In this document: piece by piece, positions 63,954-64,000 of the stretch | How positions within the stretch are numbered: position 1 is the stretch's first letter | Layout of the letters: each line of letters opens with the position of its first letter | From: a virus | Taxonomy: Duplodnaviria; Caudoviricetes | Length of the DNA stretch: 64,000 nucleotides | IMG/VR virus record: IMGVR_UViG_3300011115_000183 | Coordinates: 870 to 64,869 of that record | Direction: 5' to 3' (one strand) | The notes under the pieces: model-generated | What the model saw: only the letters and a program-made list of their open reading frames with translations | Told to the model about the DNA's origin: nothing | Databases searched by the model: none | Made by a program: the position numbers and the translations under genes

Positions 63954-64000
63954 CGACGGTGCTCTGATCGCTTGAAAGATAAGTGACTTGAGCTTGTTGT

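Noticed and set aside
1-64000. Stop-codon reassignment or introns/inteins in core genes
   Set aside because: TerL, portal, MCP, PolA, helicase and primase are uninterrupted at normal lengths in the standard code.

Overview
The window is almost certainly a near-complete, circularly permuted genome of a tailed dsDNA phage with podovirus-like architecture: P22/T7-type portal, adaptors, nozzle and ejection proteins, and no tape-measure or tail-tube gene that I can recognise. The + strand arm (8.7-49.1 kb) carries packaging, head, tail, lysis and ejection genes. The - strand arm (64.0-49.1 kb, continuing 8.1-0 kb) carries early and replication genes: family A DNA polymerase, Cas4-like nuclease, small HNH protein, SNF2 helicase, SSB-like protein, primase-helicase, VRR-NUC, AAA ATPase. 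The arms diverge at about 8.2-8.6 kb (likely genome end / packaging region). An AT-rich, repeat-dense probable origin lies at 5.9-6.4 kb. I saw no integrase, tRNA, rRNA or CRISPR array. The most interesting signals are: (1) a pseudoknotted ~170-nt RNA directly behind a small Arg-rich HNH gene, with loops complementary to ribosome-binding/start-codon-like sequence; (2) a block of unrelated basic proteins sharing a hydrophobic-x-x-GG motif and a C-terminal DGxAx(R/K)GKT(R/K)G tag, suggesting a capsid-targeting/processing system for variable cargo; (3) an 18-bp palindrome regulon with duplicated promoter cassettes in the early region; (4) a second structured RNA flanked by a perfect 20-bp direct repeat; (5) GNAT-like genes paired with ejection proteins; (6) a probable AUU start codon. 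All product calls come from motif recognition and synteny by eye. No database search was run.
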